A stretch of DNA of 64,000 nt from Lama guanicoe. Taxonomy: Eukaryota. The translations under genes and the position numbers were made by a program. The notes under the pieces are model-generated. The model was not told where the DNA came from. It saw only the letters and a program-made list of their open reading frames with translations, and searched no databases. The DNA lies in assembly GCA_013239625.1 (NCBI GenBank), contig MU054338.1, forward strand, positions 5,494,724 through 5,558,723, read 5' to 3'. Below, piece after piece: positions 51,184 to 64,000 of the stretch. Each line of letters opens with the position of its first letter. The first letter of the stretch is position 1.

Positions 51184-52006
51184 GTATCCTTTTGTGGGAA
51201 TTCAACTCTGGTGAATTTAGTTTGATCTAAATATTGTATCAGTAATACAGGTTTGTTGGGGGGAAGTGGTTATTTTGTGTACTAGTAGTTTGGTAGTTCC
51301 TGTGTGACTGGAGAGGATGCATTACTGTGAAACTTAACTAAGGGAATAAAATACTATATAGATAGAGGGATGATTAGAAAACAGGCACGTGTCCATGAGT
51401 GATCTTTTCCAGTGTTAACTTTTTAGAGGAGTCTAGTTTGAAGGGGGCAGTCCAAAAAATGTGCCGCTGGAGAGAAATTTAGTTGTTTTTTTAAATGTAA
51501 GTCCTTACAGTGCCTTATCTCTCCAGTGGATTGGTAATCTGGAAGAAGCATTTCTGTTTGATCCTCAAGTTACATCTTTGTAGTTACATTGGGAATACCA
51601 CTCATAAACATTGTCACTAAACTCAGACAAGATTGTCACTGAGTATCTTTCCCAGAAAACATGGCATTTCAAAAAATGATGGAATACCTGGCTTATTGGA
51701 CACATAGAAAAAACTGATGTCAGTGCTTTTAGAGGAACATGGTTTGGTGAGAGGCGTAAGCTTTAATGAATGAAGAAGCTCCACACTTAAGGAGTAAGCT
51801 GAGGTTTACTTCTTCTTTCCCCCTTTGAACATTATTGTTCCTTTTATGTTTAAACTGTAGAAATAAACACTTGAAAATATAAAGAAGAATAAAAAATTAC
51901 TCACATTCAGCACTTGGAGGGACTGTGGTAGCAGTTGGATTTCTTAGGTATTTCCTGCTGTGTGTGTTTTTAGAATTGCAAAAAATTGCCTTAATTCTAA
52001 TACCAG
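51184..52006 (+). other. HNRNPM: U12-type (minor spliceosome) GT-AG intron of HNRNPM
   Basis: 5' site GTATCCTTT, branch-site-like TGCCTTAAT at 51987-51995 close to the AG, no polypyrimidine tract. Confidence 0.9.
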
Positions 52007-52056
52007 CTATGTTTAATGGGCAACTGCTATTTGACAGACCAATGCATGTGAAAATG
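52007..52056 (+). CDS. HNRNPM: HNRNPM exon 8
   Basis: (S)MFNGQLLFDRPMHVKM. 50 nt, donor GTAAGT. Confidence 0.95.
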
Positions 52057-52432
52057 GTAAGTTAATAGGATCTCTTTGTAACATACTTAAGTCTAACAAA
52101 AACATGGAGTTATTAAGAGTGTATACATAGCCACTATACTGTATTTGTGGATCAGTTCAAGTTAAAGAGTGCAGTATGTTGAGCAAATTTGACAGAAATA
52201 AGTTTTTGCTTATGCAGCTCTTTAGATATTTTTTCCTTTGCACAGTTGTTGGCGTGTTCAGGAGATCTGTTATTGACATAGTCAGGAGGTAACTTGAATA
52301 GCCTGGTTGAGCAAGTGATCAGTTTCAGAGAGTAATTATATACATAGGTTTCCAATTTTCAAAGTATTACAGTATGTTTAGTTAGCATCGTATCTGTTGT
52401 GAATGTAATTAAGTCTGATTCAGAAAGCCTTT

Positions 52433-52532
52433 TTAAATTTTTTTAGGGGGGAGATAGGTTTATTTATTTTTAGAGGAGGTACTGGGGGTTGAATCTAGGA
52501 CCTTGTGCTAAGCATGCACTACCCTCCCACCC
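52433..52532 (-). mobile_element. tRNA-Ala-derived SINE with 12-bp TSD
   Basis: TSD cagaaagccttt at 52421-52432 and 52533-52544. Confidence 0.85.
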
Positions 52533-53002
52533 CAGAAAGCCTTTAAAGTTCTGTTGAGGCACTTCAGTGTAAACATTAGGCCTGCTGTGACTGTTCCTGA
52601 GATAATAGTGAATACAAGCATGACTGGAACATGCTGAGGGCAATCAAGTTAGGACTCAAAATCAGGAAAAAAAAAATAGAACTATAAAGGAATTCTTTAG
52701 TTTCTTTAAACATTCAGTTTAGTTTTTTGAATAGATACTTGATTCACGTGATTCGAAAATCAAAAAGCATGAAAAATTGAGTGTGAGAGTCTTGCTTTTA
52801 CTTTGTGCTCAGGTCTTTTATCTTTCCCGCTTTACACGAAAGGTAGCAACTCTCCCATATTTCTTTTTATACTTGGATGTTATTCCGTGGCATGGGTGTA
52901 TCATAATTTATCTAAGCAGTCCTCTGTTGATGAGAATTGTTTCCATCTTTTGCTGTTGTTAACAGTGCTGCAGGGAAGACAGATTTATTTACTTTCTTTC
53001 AG

Positions 53003-53063
53003 GATGAGAGGGCCTTACCAAAAGGAGATTTTTTCCCTCCTGAGCGTCCACAGCAACTTCCCC
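53003..53063 (+). CDS. HNRNPM: HNRNPM exon 9
   Basis: DERALPKGDFFPPERPQQLP. 61 nt. Confidence 0.95.
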
Positions 53064-53409
53064 GTAAGTATCTCAATTATTATAGCTGAGATTCTGAATT
53101 TGATTTATATTAACCAGAAAACTACAATTACCTTTGAACTTGTGCCATGTCATTCTGCACTTACCTTGACTATTCTTGAGTAAAACATTCAAAAGATTTT
53201 TTCTTCTTTTTTTTCTATAGATTTTTCTTTGTGAAAAATAAGCAGAGATTTACAACTTAGGAAGGATTGTTAGCATTACCGTGTGGTGAGGCAGGCTGCC
53301 CAGGACGTAGAGGATGTATTTGGGCATTTTTCAAAGTGCAGGGAAGGAAGAAGCAGAAACTGAAGGGAATTAAAGGCAGGCTGCACTTGGGTTCAAAAGA
53401 GATCGATTA

Positions 53410-53855
53410 CCACCACATGGCTCAGCGGTTCCACTCCTAGGTATATAAGAGAGCTAAAAACTTAATCCACACAGAAACTTTTACACAGTGTTCATGGCAG
53501 TATGATTTCAGCTGATGAATAGGTAAATAAAATGTGGTTAATCCATACAATGGAATATTATTCAGCCATAAAAAGGAATGAAGTACTGATACATGCTACT
53601 GCATGGATAAACCTTGATTCCATCTATAGGACATGTCCAGAATAGGCGAATCTATAGACAGAAAATAGATTGGTGGTTGCCAGGGGCTGGAGAGAGGGGT
53701 AAGTGCAGAGTGACTGCTTATAGGGATGGGATTTCTTTTTGCAGTGATGAAAATGTTCTGAAACTGGATAGTGATAATGGTTGTATGACTCTGAATGTAC
53801 TAAAAATCACTGAACTGTATGTACACTTTAAATGGGTGAATTTATGGTATATGAG
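53410..53855 (+). mobile_element. LINE-1 (L1MB-type) 3' fragment
   Basis: ccactcctaggtatata...ggaatattattcagccataaaaaggaatgaagtactgatacatgc...tgaactgtatgtacactttaaatgggtgaattt. Confidence 0.8.
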
Positions 53856-55446
53856 GTACAGTGATCAGAATTTTTATATAGGGTTTTTTGCAGTATCCAG
53901 GTGAAAATCTATACTGTGACAGGGGAGGCTAGTTGATCGGTTAGCACATAGATGGAAGTGGCACGTATTAGTGAAGTCCTGGGCACTCGATCTGGCAGGC
54001 CTGCAGAGGGCAGCTAAACCTGAGTGCAGACAGCAGTGGGAATGAGGGCCTGTTGCAACATGAGGGTTGGAAAATCAGCAGTGCAGGCAGAGCTGACCTA
54101 CAGAAGGAAGATGGGAGTGCTGCTTGTGCTGTGCTAGGGAGGACTTACCTCCTGATGAGGCCATTGGGGCGGGGCTGTTAGGAGGGCCAGCCAGTGTCTC
54201 CTGTCTGGAGCAGTGACTGGAGCCTGGGGCTCAGTCATCAGAGATTGAATTGAATGAGAGCCTAGACTAGAAGGCTAACACTAGTGCCTTGGCAATTTAG
54301 TGTTATAGAAGTATAGTAGAGACAGCTTTTGAGGGAAGGTAGGTGGCTTCCAGAGTTGGAGATGGCTTATCTGTTGAAAGTTAACAGTTACGAGAAGGAC
54401 CACATTTCCTTGTCATAATCAGTGTGATCACTTGCCCAGAATCAGGGTGGTTGCCCTTGTTGACTTTGTGTTTAGAGTGGGAAGAGGTGAGGGCTGCTTG
54501 GCAGCCTTGGCTGGCTAGCACTGGGCTCCAGGGAGCCCATTATCTGTGACTTTTGGTCTCCCCAGCACATTTCAGTGGGTTGACTTCAAAGCCTTTAATG
54601 CTTTGGGGAGTAGGTAACCTTGGTGTTCCCTTGCTGCTGTTTCTGTGCAATTTAAGAACAAGGATTTTAATCAGATTAAATATTTGAGAACTGGTGTCAG
54701 GTTTTTTTAACGTTTTGTTCCCATTTTAAAAACCTGGTCTTGCTTTAAATCTCAGACTCATGGTCACCCAGAGCATTACAAGTTTGTTAAGCTATCAGGC
54801 CTTGGCTGTTTCGAGACCAGGCTGTATTCTTGCTCTCCTGTTAGTGGAGCGTGGAGTTGAGGGTGGGTTGGATATGATCCACGGGTTAGGAAGCTTTCTG
54901 AGTAGAATATAAGTTCTTTGAATACACTAGCTTCATTGTTACTAAAACTGCCTTCAGTAGAGTCAGAGACTAGTGTGCGCCCCAGTGTGTTAGTTGGCTG
55001 GTTTATAATCTTGTTTTTTTGTGAGAAAAGTCCTCTGGGTTACCAGGTTAGGAGGTGGGGATTGTGCATATTTGTGCTGCTTGCCACTTGATGTCTTCAG
55101 TTGCTTTTTTTGATTAAACTTTTCTCAGTTCACAATTTAGGGAAACATAGGTGTTCACATTCTATTGTGAAGGTTGTTCATAGTTCTTCTCTGTAGTTTT
55201 CACATGAACTGAGCTTTAGCTGTGCTTGTTTTAGATATTTCACAAACTGTAATCTGTATTGTCATGCCTTAAGGAGTGCTTCCAAATGTACCAGTGTTGA
55301 ATTATGGTTTAGGCCCTGGGTTTGTTTGCTGGTGAGGAATAGGTGTGACAGCCACAGCACAGTAAAACAGACTCTTTTTGCCTTTGAGGGTCATGGTTTC
55401 CTAAGTAAGTGGAATCTATACTGTTGACTTTCTCTTTTCCTTTCAG

Positions 55447-55548
55447 ATGGACTTGGTGGTATTGGCATGGGGTTAGGACCAGGAGGGCAGCCTATTGATG
55501 CCAATCATTTGAATAAAGGCATTGGAATGGGAAACATAGGGCCCGCAG
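55447..55548 (+). CDS. HNRNPM: HNRNPM exon 10
   Basis: (H)GLGGIGMGLGPGGQPIDANHLNKGIGMGNIGPA. 102 nt. Confidence 0.95.
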
Positions 55549-56124
55549 GTGAGAAGTACGGTGTGCCTTGACTGGGCATTTCTGGGTCAGTTAAAGTCAT
55601 TAAAGTTAATTATTGGAATAATTGGACATTAAGTAGTTCAAATGGAATGACCGTCTAATTGGGACAAAATTCCCTCTTTATCTCTGACTCATTTTGATAA
55701 AGGCAGTATTTTGTGTTTTCACTGAGTTGAATCCTTTTTTCTAAAGCCATTTATGCTTTGCATTTTATCTTCACAAGACCTTCTGAGCTGAGATACTCAG
55801 TTAAGCCTTTGAATAAAAGGAGGCAAGCTAGAGAGTTGGTCTTGCTCAAGGTCACACTTTCAGTTAGTGACAGAAACTGGAGGTCTCCTGACCGTGGAAC
55901 CACAGCACTGCCAGTCTTACCCAGAGCCTCTTGGGCTCTTGCCTGGTGTTGACACGGCTTCTAGAGGTTGGGGTGTTGGTGGGTGCAGGCAGGCATGGGG
56001 AGCCACATTGCATGACAGCACAGCTGCCGTAGGCCACAGGGACACATGATGCACAGTGTTGTCTTTGCTTAAGAAGATGAGAAATAGCTAATAAATAAAT
56101 GCTTATGATGTGTAGAATAAACTT

Positions 56125-56254
56125 CTTTTGGGTGGGGAGGTAATTAGGTTTATTTATTTGTTTGTTTTTTTCAGTGGGGGTACTGGGGATTGAACCCAGG
56201 ACCTCGTGCATGCTAAGCATGTGCTATATACCACTTGAGCTATACCCTCCCCCT
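56125..56254 (-). mobile_element. tRNA-Ala-derived SINE with 12-bp TSD
   Basis: TSD tagaataaactt at 56113-56124 and 56255-56266. Confidence 0.87.
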
Positions 56255-56958
56255 TAGAATAAACTTTAGGTTTCACTTTTTAGCATTTTCATTTCTGTGC
56301 AGTGAGGCATTCATATACCATTAAGAAAGATTTCATTTTTATGACTTCAGACTTTGGTCTTTCTTCCTTGAAATTCTTTGAATTGCAAGATGGTTGCTCT
56401 CTACCCTACTACTGTCACTTCTGCATATCCCTTGTCTCCCTCCCAGTTTAAACTCTGGGGCTGACCAGAACATGGCCCATCACCTCAGATGGCTCTACCA
56501 CTCTGACCACCACACCCTCTGACTTGACACCTCAGAGGGAAGACATGGGGTTTTTAGGAACTGCTTTTTATTTGGAGATTTCTACCTTCAAAAGGGATTT
56601 TAAAATCCACTTATGTTCCCTAAAATAAGCTTCTAAAAGTTGCATGTTTCCTAGTCTGTACCTGATAATTATATTTTATGTTTAAAACTGTCCAACTTGG
56701 TCATTTAATGAAACGGGATGCTATAAAATTTTGAGTCACGTGGTTATTTTGTTGAAGGCTTAAATAGTTTTCTTGGAATGTAATGGTTTGATGGTTGAAA
56801 TGGAAGAGCCCTCATCCTTTTTTTCTGTGACAATTGAAATACATTTGTAATCAGGGATATTTTTGTTTATTTGCTGGTTTGGAATTTCATGTGCTTTTGA
56901 AGTTCAAACGTTACTGCTTTGACATAATTTTAGTTTGCATTGACTTTTTCTTTTTAAG

Positions 56959-57003
56959 GAATGGGAATGGAAGGCATAGGATTTGGAATAAATAAAATGG
57001 GAG
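56959..57003 (+). CDS. HNRNPM: HNRNPM exon 11
   Basis: (G)MGMEGIGFGINKMG. 45 nt, phase 1-1. Confidence 0.93.
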
Positions 57004-57455
57004 GTAAGAAATTTAAAATGAAGTACAAATGTAATTACTTTAGGTATGGTTTTCTCTCTTTTTTCCTCTTTCTTTTCTCTTAAGCCCTGCATGAAATTTT
57101 CACTTTGGTTTCCAAAAAGTTTGAGTCTAGAAATTATTTTTACCCATTGATCCTTCCAGTGGATGTTGGCTTTTGGTTCTGGCTTTCTCACTAACTAGCT
57201 CTGTGACCTTGGGCAAATCATTCCATCTCTCTGGGCCTCTCTCTGCTTGTTTCTTCATTGAGGGGGTTGGATTAGATCAGCTGTTTAAAGATAGTGATTT
57301 TTATACAAAGGCACTAGCATATTTTCCCCCAAAGCCCTTAAGACTGGTAAATTTCCTGGCAGAAAATGCCCTCAGTGAAACTTGTAAAAACGTTTTTTCT
57401 TTTCCTGTTCAGTCTGTCTGGTTAGACTGGTGCTAAACGTGAATGTCTCTTTCAG

Positions 57456-57533
57456 GCATGGAGGGACCCTTTGGTGGTGGTATGGAAAACATGGGTCGAT
57501 TTGGATCTGGGATGAACATGGGCAGAATAAATG
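57456..57533 (+). CDS. HNRNPM: HNRNPM exon 12
   Basis: (G)MEGPFGGGMENMGRFGSGMNMGRIN. 78 nt. Confidence 0.94.
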
Positions 57534-58235
57534 GTAAGATTCATGTTTCCTTCCTGCTTATACCTACCCTTTGCTGGCTGTTGGCTCTCAGGTGACCTTT
57601 AGGAAACAGATCCATTTTTAATAAATGATTTCTCCCTTCCACTTTTTACTGAATTCGATGTCTCTGAATTACCTTAGAAAGTTTGTGTTTTAGAAGCTAG
57701 ATTTGATAGTAGGAAAGTGTTAACTTCTCTTAGTTACTGAACTCCTGAGGTTTCTTGTGTTTTGAATCTCCCCAATAATTGTCCAGTAAAATTTTAAAAC
57801 TTTCCTATTGCCTCCAGCACTAATCTCCCCTGGAGTGCTGGACTGGGTGAGTTCTTGGCAGGCAAGAATTCTACCACTGAACCACCAATGCCCAGCATGG
57901 GGTGAGTTCTTGATCATCTGCTCGGATGTCTCCACGTTGTGGGCAGAGGCATTCATTTAATTTAGCATTTATACAGTGCAGAATTTGGTGTACTGTTAAT
58001 TTAAATCTTATAGCCCTCCAACCTCTTAACAGAAATATAGTAGTATCAATTATAATGTATTATTTCATTTAGTCCTTGCAAGAACCACGTGACATGTAGG
58101 TGCTGTTATCCCCATATCATTGAAAACTGAGGCCCGGAGTGACTTGCCTAAGGTCACGTGGCTCGTAGTGGTGGGATATGGACCCAGGCTTTCTGGCTCC
58201 AGAGCTTGGCTCTTAATCATGCTGAGATCCTGCCT

Positions 58236-58351
58236 CTTTTTTCTTTTTTTCCCCCTTTATATATTTATTTTTAGCGGAAATGCTGAGGATTGAACCCAGG
58301 ACCTCATATATGCTAGGTGCACACCCTACCACTGAGCTATACCCTCCCCCT
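58236..58351 (-). mobile_element. tRNA-Ala-derived SINE with 10-bp TSD, next to a MIR-like remnant (about 58090-58225)
   Basis: TSD gatcctgcct at 58226-58235 and 58352-58361. Confidence 0.86.
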
Positions 58352-60879
58352 GATCCTGCCTTTTAGAATTGTCTACAGCATGGGTGTCAGCCCCCCTTAT
58401 CGGCAGGGCTGTAGAGTGCCATGAGAAACTTGTATTTCTGAAATCCTCTGGGTGTTGGTGGTGGACTCTCTGACCCCCACCTGTGGGAATGCTACTTCAT
58501 TTATACACATAAGCTTTTCTGGAATGGGGCATTTTTAAGGTTTAGGTTTAACTGTTTGCTGGTCTATAGTAGTGTGTAATGTGAAGGTGGTATAGGGCAA
58601 GCGAGAACCTTACTAAGATAGATATTAACTATCAAAATGGAAAGTAGCTATTCCTGATGAAAAAACTCCTTGTTCTAGATGATAAGATAAAGGAAAGTTC
58701 TCACTGGTAGTAAGGAGTGAAGGGGCAAATGTCTGTTTCCAGTGTGTTCTCAGGCTTGCCTGTGGCTCACTTGTGCATGGGGTTTTAAATGAAAAGTGCG
58801 AGTTGAAGAAGTCTGGTTTGATAAAATGTTTGCTCAAGAGAGGTGAGTCATTGGAAAGGAGGTTTGGGTTGTTGCTCTGAGGAGTTCCAGGAGTTCAGGT
58901 GGTGTGATTTAGAAGCAGATGGAAGCCAGGGCAGGGGTTGTGCTGAGCCACGTGGACAAAGTCTCCGATAATCTCGTGAACGGGATGCACCTGGTACGCT
59001 TCTGAGCCTGGTGGTTAAAGGTTCAAAGTGCTGATGCTCGTGGAGAGCCACAGTGGAGGATATGTTCTTACGCTGTATTCTTAAAGATGTTTTCAAATAC
59101 AGACACTCAGTATCCTTGTCCATCCTCTATAGCAGAGAACAGGGACTTTCTTACACTGGAGCTGTGTTCTGAGGTTTGAGTGGAATCAGCTCTAGAGCCT
59201 TGGATGCCCTGGGTTCAAGGAAAGTTTCAATCACTGGGGAAAAAAATTGATGAAGATGTTTCAGACTTAACTTAATGTTTAGTCAGTGATCACTGTGTGT
59301 CACATGGTCACAGGTGCCAATGACATTAGCCTGAATAGAAACCAAATTCTCAGGCCAGTAGAGATCAAATCTTGATAGAATGGATACAAAAAATTTTCAG
59401 TTGAAAGATCATCAGATATCAAATGATGACTGGTTTGATGCAGTATTTGACAATGAAAATTCTCTTCCTTTTTTGTGTTGGGGGGAGTACATTGGAGTCC
59501 ACACAGGGTTCCCTCTACGCTTGGATCTGCTGACAGTTGGGAAGATAAATTCTGAGGCCTTTGCCAACACATTAATGCCTGCATATGACTTCCTTATGGG
59601 GAGGGTGCCGTCTTCACGGGCTTATGATAAGGATTAAAGGAGCTCAGTAGAGCCTCCATTCATTATGGTGCCACTCTGGGATTTCTGTTCTGCCTGCCGT
59701 ACACAGGCTCATGCTAATTAGATACATTTCCAGCAGATAGCCTATGAGATCCAGTTGGGTTGATTCAAACTATGACTATAAAGTCCACCATCACCAAAAC
59801 CTGGTGTTCTCTTGTTAATTCGTAATGCAAGCCTGCTTCCATGTTTCTAATAGACTTGTTTTTAGTTCATTGAGAATGTAGGGACTCAAGCTGCATTTTT
59901 TGTAGTTGGTGCAATAGCAGGTGTCCATTATATAGCACCTGCATACCTGATATTTCTAAGGAACAAGATTAATAAACTAGATTTTCCAAGGAGCTCAGTA
60001 TGGGAGGGAGACAGTGTGTGCAGCACGTTTTAGGTCTTGCTTACATGAATGAATATACGAGGAAACAAGTAGCCAGTGATAAGTCATAAAAGGGTTTCTC
60101 AGCTGGGGCAGGGCTTTTCCCCCACAGAAGTTAAGACCTTTGTTTTTAAAAGACATTGTGAAAAATAACATACTCCTGCAGTCAGCATAGAAAAAATAGG
60201 TTGCTGAACCCCATTATGTAGATGAAACCACTCCAGTTGTCAGTGGAGAAATCATGTTCGTATGCAAGCGTCTTTCTATATTCTGATGGCTGTGCTTGTG
60301 TATTAACACATGGGCTTTTGCGTTGTATTTAGGTTCCAGCCTTTGCATCATGCCTTACCCAGCATGTGACCTTGGTCAAGTTCCTAAGTCATTTGAACCT
60401 CAGTTGCTTTGTAAAGGGTCAGTAGTGGTGGAGGGTAATCTAGCTGTGCAGGCTGCTTGTGAGGATTCCATGAAATGATAGCACATGTAAGGTCCCGAGC
60501 AGGGCAGGGTATGTGGGAAGTGCCTCCTAGGCGGTAGGTGTGACATGAGCAGGCTCTCCTGCAGCCGGCCTTTGCCTCTGCATGCACTGCAGCTCCCACG
60601 CCAGGGACTGCGGTAGTGGGTGCTTGGTGAACCCGTTGTGTGACTGCGGTGTAAGCTGTAAATGAGTCCTTCTTAATGGACTAAAGGTAGGTTTCAGGGA
60701 TTTATTTGAGATGACTTTCTTTTTTAAGGAATAAAGGGTGAATGATGGTTTTCTATAGAAAAACCAACCATGCTGACTTGCTGGTGGCTGTAGTATGTCT
60801 GTAGTTTTTTGTTTTGTTTTTTTAATGTCTGAAACAATGGTATTCCTGGAAAGGCCTTGGGTAATACTTTTTTCCACAG

Positions 60880-60978
60880 AGATGGAGCGTGGCATGGGTG
60901 GAGGCTTTGAGAGAGACTTTGCCAGAAAAGAGATGGGAATGTCTCGAAGCTTTGGAGAGCCCCTTGGCAGAGGAATGG
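60880..60978 (+). CDS. HNRNPM: Putative additional or cassette HNRNPM exon (33 codons, Met/Gly/Arg-rich)
   Basis: tttttccacAG|...|GTAAGA. 99 nt, phase 1-1, in frame with exon 12: EMERGMGGGFERDFARKEMGMSRSFGEPLGRGM. Confidence 0.8.
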
Positions 60979-61818
60979 GTAAGAAGGCCCCACGGGCCCC
61001 ACGTTGGTGGGGTCCGCCCCCGGGGGTGCAGGCTCACTCTGATGTCAGGAGGTTCTTCTTAGGCTAAGTCAGCTGTTTTTCCTTAAGCTTTTAAAAACTT
61101 GTGTGTTTTCTAGACCTAGATAAGAACCTTTGGTCCTTGAGTTTTTTTATTGATATCAGTAGCACCATTTTTCTTTCAGGTTTTTCAGGTGGCTGCTTCT
61201 TTCACATTGGTATAAGGTGTTTGCTTGCTGTGGGAGTTAAAACTGCAGCACTTAGGTGATGTGGCTCTCTAGTCGTAGAGATTTTCAAGCCCTGCTAAGT
61301 GGGCGTGTGAGTCTCCTTAGTCCAGGGCCCTGTGGTGGTCCAGGTAACAGGGGCGGTGTGGTTTGCTCATTGATGTGTGTGAAGGAGACCTCAGTGAACT
61401 AGGGGAGCTTTCTAATGCTGAAAGACCTGGAGGATTGGGCCTGTCTGATGTACAGAAGTTCTTCAGTTTTGGTTAGTTTGCAAAGCAGTTTCTCTACTTT
61501 TCCATGGATGTCTTCCCCTATTTTAAGTTCAGCTGTTTCTGAGAATCTGTCAGCTAATTTTCCATTAGTGTGGAGCAAGGAGATTGTCTATTCCTGGGCT
61601 CTGAAGCTTGTTTCTTTTAGGAGATTTAGAGCATGGGTAATTCTGCTCCCCTTCAGCCGCTTCTCGTCCTGTGCAGATCCAGGGCTAGGAGATGGTAGTC
61701 TCAAAGAGTGCTCAGCCCCTGTCTTGATAGAACCCCTTGGGCCAGGTGTGAGGATTTTAAGCTTTTTATGTCTGTCTTCTATGAGCTATGCTGTATTCTT
61801 AGAGTTTATGAAGGCCCT

Positions 61819-61854
61819 AGAAAAATTTGTCATTAAGAAAAATTTGTCATTAAG
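61819..61854. repeat. Perfect 17-bp tandem duplication (agaaaaatttgtcatta x2)
   Basis: Directly visible at 61819-61835 and 61836-61852. Confidence 0.9.
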
Positions 61855-64000
61855 CTTATCAGTGAGACAGGGTTCTTAAATCTCCAAACTGTCTCCAGGA
61901 GACCTATGTTGTTTCCTTCATGAAAATCTGGAATTAATCAGAAACTTTCTCTGAGTAGACTCTGTTGTTTGGTGGACTGATTTCATTTTTTTCCCCCCTG
62001 ATCATGGTTAGGAAAGTTGAGTGATTTTTCTTGCATCTAAACTAGGTTGGTTGTGAAGATTTACTTTTTCTTTGCTCGCTTGATATGACTGTAGCTTTAC
62101 TCCAGATTGTTCCAGAACTTTAGAATTTGGAGATAAGTGCATAATCCTTTTGTGACTAGGCCAGATAAGTTTCTTGTTGCCATGACTGGCTTTGCTTTGT
62201 GTCTTGGAATGGTAGGGTATTTAAAAAAAAAAAAATAGTTTCTTTTTTTTTTTTTGTCATTGGCTGCAAATACTAATTTTGGATACCTGTGGTGAGAAGA
62301 ACAAAATGGCGTGTGGCTTTGCTCCCATAGGCACTTTGTTGTGCTTTTGAGCCTTGAATACTTTGCCCTGGGATGCCTCTAACCCCTGTGAGGAGATTGT
62401 CAGCCTTGTCCCAGTTCCTGTGGTGGCACAAGAGGTGGACCGGTGAGGTTACTTCCTGTGGTAACAGGAAACCCATCTTATCCTGCCCTGAACGTAGGAA
62501 CAGCATCTGCAGGCCTTGCTGTCTCCTACTGCTTTGGCACCTTCTCTCTGATTGAGACTGTACTGCCTGTCTGTCCTGAGACCTCCCAGAGTGACCGTGG
62601 GCAAGAGCAAAGGGCTTTTGTTCTGCTGCTACTTGTGATCAGACCCATGTTAGTAAAAAGGTCTTTGTACCAAATAAAATCTTGAAGTCAGGTTTTCAGA
62701 GTAGTTGCCTAGATTGGTTTTTCAGATTCAGTTCTTGATTCTATTTTTTGTGTTGTTAACTTGACAGTTGAATCATTTTGGTGCTTCCTCTGCTGCCTCC
62801 CTGTTCAATGCCCGTTCTTTCCTATCAAGACACTTCTTTGTGCAAACAACTATACTTGGTGCTGCAGGGATGTAGGTGGGTATGTGGCTCTTGACCTTGA
62901 AGGACGTGGTGCAGCTGAGGAGACGATGCTGAGAGTGGCTCAGGGCAGCCCCAGAGTTCAGCACAGAGAAGTGGCCTAGTTGAGGGAGCCAGTAGAGATG
63001 TTGATTCCTGGGCCCTTGGCAGCTATATGAGAACTACACAAAGGTGATCGATCATTTTCTGTGTGTTAAGATTTGAAAAACACTGCTCTAGATGGCTGAT
63101 AGAAATGTTCTGCTCAGCCCTGGATCTAGGCAGGGATGCAAGAAGATCATGCAGGAGATGCAGTGTAAGCTGGAGGGGCTGGGTGGGCTTCAGCATAGGC
63201 AGAGAGTGTGCTGGCACACAGGGCTGACAGTGTCAGGTGCAGAGGCTTGGAGAGGAGGGTGTACCAGGGACAGGAAAAACAGGTTAAAATTCTGAGTCAG
63301 AGCAGGTCTGTGAACGCTCATGAAAAAAATTTGACTTCCTATTCAAATCAGTCGTAGGTTGATTGCGAAGGCTTTTTTAGGGAATGGTTTGAGCCAAGTG
63401 TTGTTTTCAGAACGAGAACCTAAGCTTGAGTGTGCTGAGTTAGATCCTAGGTGTTACGGAAGAATAAGCCCTGTACTTGGTTGCAGGCTGGCGTCTGTTT
63501 CTTGGTGTACTGTCCCACATCCATCCTTTATTTAGCAGGTAGGTGTAGTACTAGTAGAAACAGCCTCGGGGTACGGTTTAATCTCTGTGGTCATGGTCAT
63601 AATATCAGATGTACTCTGGCTGGTGTCCACATTGCTGAGCACATTTCAGGACCAGAGAGGGTGTGGGTACAAGTTTCTTCTACGTAATTAAAGACCCAGA
63701 AGAAACCTTTAAAAGCTAATGCTAATGATAGCATTAGACAAACTTCAAAGAGGTTTGTATGAAAAGCCAAGCGAGCAGCAGTGTTACCGTTCTGGATAGC
63801 TGAGAGCGTTAGGGTTTTGTTTTCCTGAGGCTTAGAACTTGGTCACCATCATACTTGCTCCTTCCAGGCAGGGCTGGTGGGTGGGTGGGCTCAGCTTGCT
63901 GTGGTCTTCCCTCGCACAGCTTGTGGATTAGGTCACATTTCCAACACTACATGCAGTTGCTGGGTTTTAGGATTTGGGCTCTAAGTGTAGCTACAGAAGT

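Noticed and set aside
61415..61879. 154-aa intronic ORF in HNRNPM
   Set aside because: No recognisable homology, Ser/Leu-rich, no convincing in-phase splice sites.

Overview
Mammalian genomic DNA carrying three intron-containing genes in tandem on the + strand, in the same order as human 19p13.2. (1) RAB11B: end of intron 1, coding exons 2-5 and the 3' UTR; exon 1 lies upstream of the window. (2) MARCHF2 (MARCH2): complete, with a CpG-island promoter, a non-coding exon 1, four coding exons (246 aa RING-CH E3 ligase) and AATAAA. (3) HNRNPM: 5' part, with a CpG-island promoter and coding exons 1-12; the gene continues beyond the window. All exons were joined by hand at GT-AG sites and give continuous reading frames. 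Twelve short tRNA-Ala-derived SINEs resembling the camelid Vic-1 family suggest a camelid genome (inference). Most entries in the ORF track are spurious. I found no prokaryote-type novel system. The notable features concern splicing and regulation. In HNRNPM: an in-frame 99-nt exon absent from the canonical human protein as I recall it, an 8-nt microexon, a 117-nt exitron, a U12-type intron and candidate poison acceptors near exon 3. In MARCHF2: a GATA-palindrome/ETS/AP-1 cluster with a splice donor in intron 1, and a strong-Kozak uORF. There are also several small duplications and insertions, one of which is probably an assembly artefact.
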